Shown here: positions 48,385 through 60,018 of the stretch, one piece after another
How positions within the stretch are numbered: the first letter of the stretch is position 1
How the letters are laid out: the number at the start of each line of letters is the position of its first letter
NCBI GenBank assembly: GCA_964019425.1
Contig: OZ025788.1
Span: 620,001-684,000, forward strand
DNA length: 64,000 bases
Source: Flectonema sp. DT1601
Lineage: Eukaryota
Direction: 5' to 3'
The notes under the pieces: model-generated
Seen by the model: the letters and a program-made list of their open reading frames with translations, nothing else
The model's database searches: none
What the model was told of the DNA's origin: nothing
Program-made: the position numbers and the translations under genes

Positions 48385-48867
48385 ATTTAAAAAAAAAGAA
48401 TGAGAGATTCAAAGTCAGATAATTTAACACCTCAATTAATTCAAACTGCAATTAGCAGTTGCGACCGAAATTTATATCCGCCTCGGATGATTTCTGAAGG
48501 TGGTGGATGAGATTTTTGTTGTATTTTGTTTCAGGTAATTTCCCTTTACTAACCGTGGGTACTTACCTTCTTTCGAACTAACCTTGCTGAGTAACCAAGC
48601 CTTTACTAAACTTGAGTTCTGCAGTAACTTTCCTCGCTCTTTCATTTGCTGTTTATTCCTCTCTGTGTTTCAGACACGTAACTTATTATACGCGATTGCC
48701 GCAGTTCGTTTCTGGGACTCTTATATATCCCCTACAAACCACTGCCTGCTGTCTACTTGCCCAATGACAATTACTTGTTATATATTGGAGTTAACACGCT
48801 TACGTATAAATACAATTATTGTTATTTTAATTAATTTATCAGAAAGTGCTGGAAATAAAGAACAAAA

Positions 48868-51228
48868 ATGTCGAACAGACGGCCCACCCCGTCGTTCGAA
48901 CTCTCACTCGGGAACACAATCCTCGAGGGGTTGTCTGACATTGGCTGTTACGATGGTGAAAACCCTTCCCTTACGTGCGCAACTGCTGGAGGAAAGATTT
49001 TTGTCCACTGTCCTCACGAGAGGAACATTCCTAATCAGGACATGAAGAGGCAGGACAACATGAAACCGACGGTCAGCCCTATAAAATATTTAAATATTAA
49101 CAGACAAGTAACCGCCTTAAAAGTTGGTAAATACAACGAGGGGTCTCCTGATAGTTTAATGGTCGGTACGCAGACTAATTTGTTGGCGTACAATGTTGAA
49201 GCAAATAGTGATCTGTTTTACAAGGAAGTCCAAGATGGAATCAATACTATGACTTTTGGGAAAGTCGGTGGAATTGAAACACCGCTCGCTGTTGTTGGTG
49301 GAAATTGTTCAATTCAGGGATTTGACAGAGATGGCCAAGAGTTATTTTGGACTGTGACTGGTGATAACGTCACAGCATTAGCTCTAATGGATATTGAAGG
49401 GACTGGTCTGAATGAACTGTTGGTAGGATCTGAAGACTTTGAAATCCGAATATTCAAAAACGAAGAAGTCATAACCGAAACTACTGAAACCGACCGCGTA
49501 CAATGCCTCGCTCCAATGTATGGAAGTCGCTATGCTTACGCACTTGGTAATGGAACGGTTGGCGTTTACGACAAGAGAACTAGAGCTTGGAGATTTAAAA
49601 GTAAACATTCTGTTGTTTGTGTCAACGTTTTCGATCTCGATAGCGATGGCATTCCAGAAGTGATAACAGGATGGAAAAACGGGAAAATTGAAGGAAGACA
49701 CGACAAAACTGGGGAGTCGGTATTTAAAGATTCCTTCCCTTCTTCTGTTTCCTCATTAGTAGTTGCAGATTACAGAATGGATGGTAGACCTTGTTTAGTT
49801 GGATGTAGTTATGATGGATTAATAAGAGGTTACCTGCCATTCGATAAGGTGGAGGATGACTCTGCCGAAATGGACCTCAAAATCCAGGAGCAGATGCGCA
49901 CACTCATGCAAATGAAGCAAAACTTAGCCGTTGAACTTAAACTGTTTGACGACAACATCGAAAAACACAAAAAGGGGGAAAAGGACGGCGGCCTTATCCC
50001 TGGTAACACAAAAGTTACTTGTAGCATTAAGCCTTGTAGAGTGAGATCTTGTGTTGAGTTAGTTCTGAAGAGTTCAGCATCGGGTGCTAAAATCAAATTG
50101 GCCGTTGTCACTGCGGAATTTCTGTTTGGGAGCTACGTATGTCATTTTAATTCTCGGAAGTTAGTAGTGGTAAACTTCCTGTTAGGAGCTGAAGTTTTAT
50201 TGTAATTTTTATTATTCAATAATCCTTAACAACAATAGGAGAGTCACATAACCTACGCTCCCCAAGGAAAAGCGACATCGACGTTGAGTGTCTTCTTCGC
50301 TCCTGAAAAGGATATTGGAATCATGATGCACATCAAGGCTGTTGTTGGAAGTGAAATGGTATGCTTTGCGGATTGAAATTACATGACCTTTCTATTTTTA
50401 CTATTTTTCACTTTGATATGAGGATGGAAAACTAACTACAATAATAATAAACAGGGGAATTTGTTTCACGTTTTCGAAATGGAGTTCAGGCTACCGAAGT
50501 TCTCAATGTACGTATCGATCAGAGATGTTCCCTCATCACCACCAGAAGGGAATGTTGTTGTTGCACTGCCTGAAAGAGTGAATCGAATTGCGATGTGGGC
50601 TCAGAAATCTTTTAATTACAGCTACACTGGTAACGGGAATGTATTAGAAGCAAGGTTCGTATCATTGAGGACACAACACATTCTAATGATCACAATGACA
50701 CCGGAAGGAGGAGGCAAACTACTTTTCCGCGTGAACAATATCGAACTCGCAGGTGATATAATTCAAGATATCGCTAGTGATTTGGGTATTAAAGAATTGG
50801 AAGCAACTGCAGACTTCCCTTCAGAATTCGACGAATTTTCTAAAGTTCTGATGAAAGTTGATGGTTACAATGCCGTACGTATCCAGCTAACAATGGAGAT
50901 GGCTGACTCATCTCAACTTGTCAAGGCGTTGGTTATCAGAGCTGAAGACGCTCGTATCTTATCAGAAATGGCTCTAATGCGTCAACATTACAGCAAACTC
51001 CACGAATTGAATTCTCAACTAATTGGTGAGTACATTAAACGTGCAAATAACCACACGGAGTTACTGACAGCGCTAAAAGAAGTGAACGCGATGATCCAAA
51101 GAGCTGCACGTCTCCGTGTAGGACAGGCCAAGTCTCGTGTAATCTCAGAATGCAGAGAAGCCATAAAATCAAACAATATCCCATCACTGTTTCGTATCAT
51201 GAAGAGTGGGCATCTGAAGGGAACCTGA
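48868..51228 (+). CDS. BBS2: Bardet-Biedl syndrome protein 2 (BBSome); exons 48868-50136, 50239-50358, 50455-51228
   Basis: GTQTNLLAYNV..NSDLFYKEV.DG, GGNCSIQGFD..G.ELFWTVTGDNV, FHVFE...LPKFSMY, RAEDAR, IQRAARLRVG. Two in-frame introns (102 and 96 nt). Confidence 0.96.
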
Positions 51229-51954
51229 GTACGAAATTTTAAAGAAAATGTTGACTCAGCTATGTATTGATATGTTAAAGAGGCTACGGATTGAGTCAAC
51301 AAAGGAGGATGCGTAGCCCGAGTAACTTTGGGAGAATAATACCTGCAGTAAAGTGTCTATGGGTGTTCCGAGCCTCACACTGTCGTGAATGCTGCTTAAG
51401 TTGATGAGCAGCTTAATGAAAGTAGCTGTTCAATATGAGTGGGCCATCATTTGTAAGATTTCTGACATAACCGCTGCTCTACTTGCTGCTGGCTAATAGA
51501 TACCCTACCCCAACTCAGTCTATCCAATATGTTTAATGAAATATACAGCCCACCTTTACTTCTGCAACCTGAAATCGAGATGCTCTCGACAAGTAAAAGA
51601 AAGAACAAAGAAGCAAGTAAAATAGGAGCAATGTTTTTCAAAGCGGATAGCAAAACTGTTAGATATTAATATTAAATGAGAAGATGTGGGATAATGCCGA
51701 TTGACACTTGGCCGCTGGCCCTGTGTTACACACCCCATATTAGAAAAAGGAATTTCGGCAGCAAGAAAGAAAAAGAAGATATAGTGACAATGTTGATCCC
51801 GAAATACATACTCCGTTCCCCCGATTCCCTAATTCTTAACAAATATTTCCTTAATAACATCCCGATTGAGGTGTCTCCGATATTGGAGCTCCAGTTTTCC
51901 GTTGTTTTTATTTAATGCTCTTTGAAATATTTCATCTCTGCAGTCAAACTTGAA

Positions 51955-52626
51955 ATGTCCGCAGACTCAGTTGAGATTTTCCACCAAATAAACTCCCACA
52001 ACAATGACAGAAACAAGCTTCAAGTTCTTCAGAGGTTTTACGACGAAGTAGCAGTGACAGCATTCCCTGATGATGAGTTGGAATCATTTTCAGAATGGGA
52101 ATTAATGCTGAAAGAAGGCTTTCCAGCTTTTGAGGCAACAGTTCTCGAAGTCGGAGGTGAGATTGTTGGGGGTGTTACAACCGAACAATATGAAAATGCG
52201 TCATTGTTAACATATTTAGTTGTGAAAGAACAGCACCGAATGAAAGGTTACGGTGGTCAGCTTTGCCGAAGAGTCTTAGCGAAAGTGAATGAATCCCCGC
52301 TGCTGTTAGAAGCACACGATCTCACTACTGTTGACGAAACAATGAACCCGAGAAACAGACTGGCGATTTATAAGAGCCTCGGTTTCAAAAAAATAACTCT
52401 TCCCTACGTGGCTCCGAGTGTTCAATTGGGTTCCGACAATGTTTCCGGACTCGTGTTATTGATATTACTTGAAGGTGAGCGAATTATGACTGAGTGGTCG
52501 TGGCTGGGCAAATTTCTAACTGAGTACTGGGATGTCTGCTATTCAAAAGATGATAAGCCACTTTCATTAATGCTTAACTTAATTAAGAGTAAGAAAATAT
52601 CATCCTGTGATTGTTTAGAGAGCTAA
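51955..52626 (+). CDS. GNAT-family N-acetyltransferase
   Basis: AFPDDELES, LLTYLVVKEQHRMKGYGGQL (motif A), RLAIYKSLGF, YVAP. Confidence 0.8.
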   Translation: MSADSVEIFHQINSHNNDRNKLQVLQRFYDEVAVTAFPDDELESFSEWELMLKEGFPAFEATVLEVGGEIVGGVTTEQYENASLLTYLVVKEQHRMKGYGGQLCRRVLAKVNESPLLLEAHDLTTVDETMNPRNRLAIYKSLGFKKITLPYVAPSVQLGSDNVSGLVLLILLEGERIMTEWSWLGKFLTEYWDVCYSKDDKPLSLMLNLIKSKKISSCDCLES

Positions 52627-52697
52627 ACACATCTGTACTGAATGTTTTTGAATTGCTTAGTCTGTTTATCTTCTCTCTCCCCGCAGGGCACAATTTC

Positions 52698-54017
52698 ATG
52701 ACTGAAATAGTCCATATCCCAACACCGTCTTTGCGTGTTACTCCACCCCCTGGATCTGGGGGTGCAATAATTGATGTTCCCCTCCCTCCGGCGGGACCAG
52801 CAGGAGGACAAGGAAGGAGAACTCATCACAGAAATAAAGTTAGGTTTGATGTTCCTGATGGAGGAGGTACTGGGGTGAGGGGGACTGGGATGATGAAGTT
52901 TTCGAGACCAACTAGAAGCGCACCTCTCCCTCCCATGAAATATGTTCAACCAGATTCTGATACTGAGAGTGAGGAAGAAGATAGTGTTATGATTAAGAGT
53001 TCCAACAACGACAACAAGGAGGATTTCGATATGACTGAAGCTGATCGAGAAGCTGACGATGAATTATTTGAAATCGTATCTCCAAAACTTGCGGATCAAA
53101 ATAAAGTTTCTTCTTCTTCTTGTGAGTATCCTCCGTCTTTGCGATATTCTAACCATCCAAAAAATTGTGTATCACCTCCAACAACTAATGACAGTGATAG
53201 CTGTGATTTATATCTGCGACCAGCTTCGCAATTTAATCCCAGCATATCTCCGATTTCTGATTTTTCGGAAGAGGAGAGTTCAGAATTTGTGATGGATGAC
53301 ACAGTAGCAGAGCAACTTTCAATCCTTCAGGGAATGTGGACCACCAGTGGTCGACATCTTGTAGCTGTTGTAGGGGATCTGGTCACGTTCATTGCACCTG
53401 AAGATGTTTACGCTCTCACAATTGAAGATGGCTGCATTGGATTACTAGATGCATATATTGCTATGGTAGTCAGTACTCCTGGGAAACCAGAGTTCATTCA
53501 CTGGGATGACGGGGATATCTGGAAACGCCCATTAAAAAAAAAGAGTATAACTGTCGAGATAGCCATCGATAATGATGCAAACTTTGTGAAGGAAAAGTGC
53601 CTCTCTCATAAGGCTTGTCAGCCGATTGGAGATTCTTTGAAGTACTGCGGGAAACGGGGGTACTTGAATGGGATTGGAATTGATGGTCACCACATCTATG
53701 CTCAGGTAACAATTGATGAATTGGACACTCTCTGGCCACCTTGTGTGTTATATCCATGTGTCACTGTTCCTGACAAGAAGGCGAATGAAAAAGAGCGTCA
53801 ACGTATGCGTTCTGCTTTGAAGCCCAAAGCAGAAGGATCTTTGAATCCATTTATTCTCTGCTTTCCTCACAAGAAGAAAAAACGACATCAAAAGAAAAAT
53901 GAGACCCGTCATTCAAATAACTGTACAGCCTTTGCTGTTTTACTTTTCTGTGTGATTGTTTTGGGTTTCATTGTAATTGTTGTTGTTCACTTCTTGAAAT
54001 CAAATCACATACTGTAA
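52698..54017 (+). CDS. Hypothetical tail-anchored membrane protein
   Basis: Low-complexity acidic N-half with KVRF motif, small LQGMWTT...IHWDDGDIWKR domain, single C-terminal TM helix. Confidence 0.7.
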   Translation: MTEIVHIPTPSLRVTPPPGSGGAIIDVPLPPAGPAGGQGRRTHHRNKVRFDVPDGGGTGVRGTGMMKFSRPTRSAPLPPMKYVQPDSDTESEEEDSVMIKSSNNDNKEDFDMTEADREADDELFEIVSPKLADQNKVSSSSCEYPPSLRYSNHPKNCVSPPTTNDSDSCDLYLRPASQFNPSISPISDFSEEESSEFVMDDTVAEQLSILQGMWTTSGRHLVAVVGDLVTFIAPEDVYALTIEDGCIGLLDAYIAMVVSTPGKPEFIHWDDGDIWKRPLKKKSITVEIAIDNDANFVKEKCLSHKACQPIGDSLKYCGKRGYLNGIGIDGHHIYAQVTIDELDTLWPPCVLYPCVTVPDKKANEKERQRMRSALKPKAEGSLNPFILCFPHKKKKRHQKKNETRHSNNCTAFAVLLFCVIVLGFIVIVVVHFLKSNHIL

Positions 54018-54990
54018 AATATTAATTCGAATCGTTGATGAGATTTACATCTTTACTGCTTCACAATTTGAGCGCGATATAAACAGAGTCTGTCTATTAA
54101 GATACAACGTGTTTCTATTTTGACGTACCCTTAATTCCGGCCTAGTGCTGTGCTTATGCACCACGACCTCTACTCCTCAAGGGAGTAGGAAGTGTCATGC
54201 AGTAAATGTTTGATATTATTATTTTCTGTTTCGTTTCTGTGCTGGAGAACATCTTTATACAGATGATTCCATGCAGTCCCTCTATTTGCATATGTTCTGT
54301 GCAGATTACGACCTTTCTGGCAACCGCATTTTCTCAGATTGTTTTATCTATCGATGTCGGCGGCATATCACTGGTCGTAAACACCTTTCAAAGTACCTTT
54401 CAATTTGGAGTACGCCGAGAGAGGTGGATAAATTCTGGGCTTGCTGAGCCTGTGCGTTTAACTGAAAATAATATTGTAAAGATACTGACAATGAATTTAA
54501 TTTCTATTTTTTCTTGAAACGTCGTTTTGTGTTCTATTCTTAACCCTTCCCCCGTTCGGTATTTTCTGTGCAATCTGGTTTCTGATTTCAGGTTAGGAAT
54601 GTGGTCAAGATCAAGTCACAATAACCATACTTTCTTGAGCAGGAAATTACACTAATATCAACAACGAAAAAGACAAGAGGAAATTCATGTGATGTTCTTC
54701 ACTGCGCAAATCCGATAACAGGATCTGACACAATATTCGAATTTAGTAATGCTCTTCTTGAGCGGTTAAAACGTTCGTCTGTGTGGCAGGGTCCCACCCG
54801 TCGTTCGATTTTAAGCAAGTAATTTGTAGGTGAAACCTACACTCTGCCGTATTACATTATACCCTGGTTTTGGTTTCCCAGGGCTCACGATTAATTAAAA
54901 TTGAATAACTCGATCCCGTACTGCACTGAATGAGCGCGTGTGCTGCTGGAGAAAGCAGCTCTTACGGTATGAAGAATACTGTCTCATACC

Positions 54991-56260
54991 TTGCTGCTGA
55001 AAAGTGTAGGTATGCCTGCCTGCCTCATAATTGGATGTCACTCGTTTCTTACGAGGAGTGATATTGGACGGTCAGATGAGCGAGAAGTGATTCGAAAAAT
55101 GTCAACTCAATTCACGCATCGTTCCAAAAGTACACGTTTGCCCGTCACACCTGATGAACACGCTGCACCGCTTCATGTTTCAAAGGCAGAGCCTATGGAT
55201 GTACCTTTTTTATTGAAGAGGATGCTACCTAAGGTTAAGCAGCGCTTTCAACATGTGTGGTCGTTGACCTTCCCAAGTCCGATTTCTACTACAGATTCCG
55301 CGATATCAATTGAGAGAGGTTTTCAGTCGAAGTTTAGCAGTAAGCATGCTTCGGAGTTGGTGCAATGTGGGGTTGCAGTCCCTTTCAAGTCTGTCCCGAT
55401 CTCTCATAATGTACCATTCACAGTTTACGAAGAGAGAGAGACTGATAACAGGCAGAGGTTCATTCTTTGGACCAAGGCACAGAATAACAAGTTGACCTCT
55501 GATATCTATGTACCTTATGTACCTTTGAAACATGTGTCTCATTATCTCGGAGCTGTGCACCCTGAAGTTGCATCTTGCAGAGATTTTAAAACTGGGTTCT
55601 ATCAGATAAGTATTCCAGTAGAGTCTAGACCCTTTTTCGCTTTTTATGACTCTTCTGGTAAGTCATATGCTCTTACTCGTTTACCGATGGGACATGTATG
55701 TGCACCTGAGCTTATGAACACCATTGCGGCAGTTGTTGCAGGCGACCCGCTTTTTGTTTTAGAACAACATGCAGAGAGAGATGTCAGCATTCATTGGTGG
55801 ATCGATAATATTCGTCTCTTTGGACCAAGACAGGCTGTTCAGGCTGCCACTTCAAGAATGGATGGCCTGGCAAGGAGGGCAGGAGTGACATGGAAACCAA
55901 GTGACTCGATTGATTGTTCTACTTGTTATGAGTTTCTTGGTGTTCTGTTTTCACATAAAAAGAAAACAGTGGGATTGGGTACCAAGATTAAGAGGAAGCT
56001 TCGTTCCACTTGCCTTTCTTCTTTGACTGCTTCTCAATTGGAATCTTTGGGGGGTCGCCTTCTTCATGCAAGTACAGTCTCTGGTGTTTCCCCAGGGAGG
56101 TACTGGTTTGCATTGAAATACCTCCGAAGAATTACAAATTATCAACAGGGGGGTATTTCGGGTACAGGATGTTTTGAAGATCCCACACTCTGTTGAGAAA
56201 GAGCTTATTTCTTGGATTTCTTCTGTTCAGGTTGAAAGGGAGATAATCCCAAGGTGGAAC
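54991..56260 (+). mobile_element. Reverse transcriptase remnant of a tyrosine-recombinase retrotransposon (TATE/DIRS-like), frameshifted near 56140 and truncated
   Basis: RQRFILWT, RDFKTGFYQISIP, YALTRLPMGHVCAPELM, WIDNIR (YxDD variant), EFLGVLF. Confidence 0.8.
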
Positions 56261-56457
56261 AGGCGTTGGGGGCATTCTTCAACTCGCGTCGGGGTGTTGG
56301 TGCCGGTGTCCTGTCAGGACCTGGCACTACCCCAGCGCGGTGAACCTATCTAAGATTAGGATAGGGTCCACATGAATGTCCTTAGTATCTGTTCTGCCAG
56401 TTGTGCGTATTACTTTATATTCTTTATTCAGGTGCTGTACAGACATGGAAAGCAAAT

Positions 56458-56872
56458 TATTGAAATTCCATTTAGGTAATTTGCTACCATGTCCTAAAGC
56501 AGCGCCGATGATAAAGAAAACATAAACTACCGAAATTACTTTGTGTGTATTTTATTCCACTTCTCTTACCTCGTGCATATATATATATTCGGCGTGAGTG
56601 GTACTGTTATTAGTTTTATCGTTATTATCGAACTTCTTCTCGTACGTTTTGAATTGAAGAGTGGAAGTGGGTGAGTGGCTGTGAACTGCAGAAGAAGTTC
56701 GATAATAACGATAAAACTAATAACAGTTACCACTCACGCCGAATATATAATATGCACGAGGTAAGAGAAGTGGAATAAAATACACACAAAGTAATTTCGG
56801 TAGTTTATGTTTTCTTTATCATCGGCGCTGCTTTAGGACATGGTAGCAAATTACCTAAATGGAATTTCAATA
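56458..56872. repeat. Near-perfect fold-back inverted repeat: 183-bp arms (56458-56640, 56690-56872), 49-bp spacer
   Basis: Arms are reverse complements apart from about two single-base indels; outermost bases are TA at both ends. Confidence 0.95.
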
Positions 56873-57945
56873 CGTTTAAATGTGCCTAAGCTGCCCAAAA
56901 CAAAGCCAATTTGAAGGAAAGAATCCCTTGCTTCTCCAGCCAGATTCACTACTATCCTTCCAAATCCCACCATGCCCACGTCGCATCAGGATAAAGGAAT
57001 TCAAAATACACGTCTCCACTACGGGCCCCCATGCCTGGGAGCAGGTAATATCGCAGAGAAGTGTAAGTTCCTCAGTATTTCGGCAAAGTGATTGCATGAA
57101 AACACTTGCGGAAAGAACAGGGTCAACAGCATGCCATTCAAACCCCAGGAATCCCCCAGGTTAGATTTTATTGGGAGGTGCGTTAGTAGTGCTGTGCCAA
57201 GGCCCTTCGCTCCTGCGTACTGATTTTAAATTTTCTTCCCCTCTGTGAGGCATAGACCTCAGAGTTTTTCTTCATCAGCTGGAAAACTGACTATCCAAAG
57301 AAAAACTCAAAAACCTGCAGCTCCGACTTGACAACTCCAATCTTTAACGTTTCTTGGAAACGCGTTTTTTTTCTTGGTAACCCTTGTTACCTCCATTTGG
57401 GGATACTTCGTCAAGTGACGAATCGGAGCACACCGACGATGGATTAACAAATACTGTTGCATCCTCATCAGAACTGTGGACCGACATATTTCCCAAGTTG
57501 ATTTTGGCCAGCTTTAGCAAATGGAAAATTTACCATTTAATAAAAACTATTGCGGCGCAACAGGTAAGGAACATAAAAGACATCGCAATAATACCTCTCC
57601 CGTGAAATCGTTGTACTCAGAAATGCAAAATTTTCACTTAGCAAAAAAAAATTTTTTTTTCAGACTGATATATCAGCTCCGGCGGTGTAAGGGTTAAAGG
57701 GCATCAAAACTGACTGATCACTTATTGCTTTCCATTTCCATGTCACATACCCCAGCTGTCCCAGCATCCTGCAACCCTGCCGAGTCACGCTGGAGGTTAT
57801 CAGTTGCATATGCAACTGGCTGCACCAATTTTGCAGCAGTTTTCATCTTCTCGATGCCTGGAGGAGCTTCCGCAAACCCGCTTCTCCTTCCCTGGGGCAT
57901 CTGCGTCAATGCCCCCTGGGTCTTCTTCCCCTGCACTTTCACAAG

Positions 57946-58098
57946 ATGCTGCACTGTCATTGTCAGTGTCTTCAAGACTCCCTCTGTGATGGTTTAAAGA
58001 GCGATGTTGGGCAGTGCTGCTTCCTTCAGGGCATCCTGTATGCTCTTTGAACCATCACAGAGGGAGTCTTGAAGACACTGACAATGACAGTGCAGCAT
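57946..58098. repeat. Inverted repeat: 57-bp arms (57946-58002, 58042-58098), 39-nt loop
   Basis: atgctgcactgtcattgtcagtgtcttcaagactccctctgtgatggtttaaagagc and its reverse complement, with one mismatch. Confidence 0.95.
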
Positions 58099-58709
58099 GC
58101 ATTGTCAGCACAGAAGGCAAGTGGGACAACAGTACCTTCAAGGCAGCAGAAAAGCTAGTAACTACTACGTGGGGGTTCTGGCCCTTTGCGGCTGACTTCT
58201 CTGCTATTCAGCTAGTTCAGGAGGGGACAACAGCTTTGAAAGCAATTTATAGATCAAAGTTTTTAGTGAGTATTTAAAGTACGTTGATGCAAACTATGGC
58301 GGAGATGGTGTTTATGATTTTAATGTGACAACACCTCCTTTTGAAAATACTTATGTTGGTCAGCGCAAGCCCTGCTGTTGGTGTTGTTGTTGCTGCTGTT
58401 TTTGTTCTAATCCCTGTTTAAGTTGCAGCGTTCGTCCTCCTTTTGCTTAACACCCTTATAGCCCTGAGCCCTGTTCTCTCTATCTCATCTCCGTCCTCTC
58501 TGGGCCTCCTATCTCTACTTCGTTCATCCTTACAAAATTCGGTAGACCCACCGAGACCGCCGCGTAAAGGCATTTTGTGTGGTCCCAAATAAATAAATAA
58601 AATAAAAAAAATAATAGACAGATATATTTTTTTTGTCACATCTTTCTTGTCTCTCTTTCATTTTGCTTTTTTTATATTCTGAGCACCAACGCTCTTCTTA
58701 TTTTTAATA

Positions 58710-59120
58710 ACAAGACAAAGATACCCGTGCCCAGAGCTGCCGCCATCGAACGAGTACTTGGGTGCTGTTGCCCAAGAGATCTCGTCTATTACTAATTTCT
58801 TTGTTAACCCACCTCTTCCGTAAGCTCCTCCTTCTGACGTGGACGACCTCTGGCTTCATCGGCGTCTTTTTATCCGCTGATTGCCTGCGGGGGGCCTGGG
58901 GCCCTGCTTCTGCTCTCTTTCTCCTTTGTAAATCTCCTGGAGATTTTGTCTTCGAGCGCCAGGTACTCACGACCCCTCTCTCCAACGCCCTTTCCTTTCC
59001 CACATGCCTCGAATTCGATCCCTGGCTTTGACAAGCTATGCTCCCTCACTGACTGGGCATGCATCCTGTCTATTAGTAGTTGGATGCTTTCCTGCACCAG
59101 TGTTGGGTCGGCTTTGGATT
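58710..59120 (+). pseudogene. Possible highly decayed tyrosine recombinase fragment of a TATE/DIRS element
   Basis: Across frames: LLLLTWTTS, then SI..G..QAM and TGHAS, echoing YR boxes (L.W.TA.R; SIRRG..Q.M; SGH). Many stops and frameshifts. Confidence 0.3.
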
Positions 59121-60018
59121 AGTTTCAGCGACGCAACTAGAGAAAAGGAAAAGGGAGAAAAACACGGAGGGTAAAACGGAGAACGGAATTGATCTATCAG
59201 GTCAATCATATTTCCTACCATACAAAAAGTGTGGATGCAAAAAATTAAAAACACATTGTTCTGCTGTTCCATAATACACTGTGGAATACGTAGTTTCAGG
59301 CCTTAATCTTATACTACTTGTCCCTCTTAGGCCTTCATCAGTAAGTTCTAAGAACTTCATCCCAGTTAATTAATAAATCGGATCCATCAATTGGTCTATT
59401 TCAAAAGAACTGATTTCTTAATGTCCATCGGAGCTCGCCAGGACGGGTTAGCATATATTCACTTTTGATCAGCGTTCTATCTCTTCTACATCTGTTCGTT
59501 TTATTACGAGTGTCCGTCGATGCAAACAGAGGCGTGGTACCCGAATGCGTCCTGCGTTTTCTTGCAGGCACGGCACTCATCCTCTGAGAACGGCCCCCTC
59601 AACACTTACTCTTTCTGACATTTAATGAAGTGAAACCTACACCAGTATGGATCGAGATCAATAAAGTACAGACATACAAACCGTGACTTGTGCTGGCCAG
59701 ATCTTCACCCTTATTATTTCTCTATCTACATCTGCCTCAGGTTGAGCACATTTGCAATAACTAAACAGAGAGAAGTATTGTTTAACAGTGCTTCACATAA
59801 TTAAGAATTGCTACACGGACGGAGCTTCAAATGATACAAATTGAGGAGCTATCTGTCACTTCCCTTTAGTAAGGGCTGCAAATAGAAAATACAGAAAAGA
59901 AAATAATGATTAAACGATTCAACGAATTTTGCTCTCACCCTTCCGGTCCTGCAGTAGCAGTAATGGTTTTGATAGAGGTAACTACGAACAGGTTATGGTT
60001 GTAAAACTTCTATCACAC

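Noticed and set aside
56950..57160. Minus-strand peptide FFPQ...AILPAPRHGGP*W resembling a DIRS methylase-like domain
   Set aside because: Weak resemblance, contains stops, and lies on the strand opposite the RT.
57700..58280. CA/TG-rich stretch suggesting methylation-driven CpG decay
   Set aside because: Several CpGs remain; it needs an observed/expected count that I could not do reliably.
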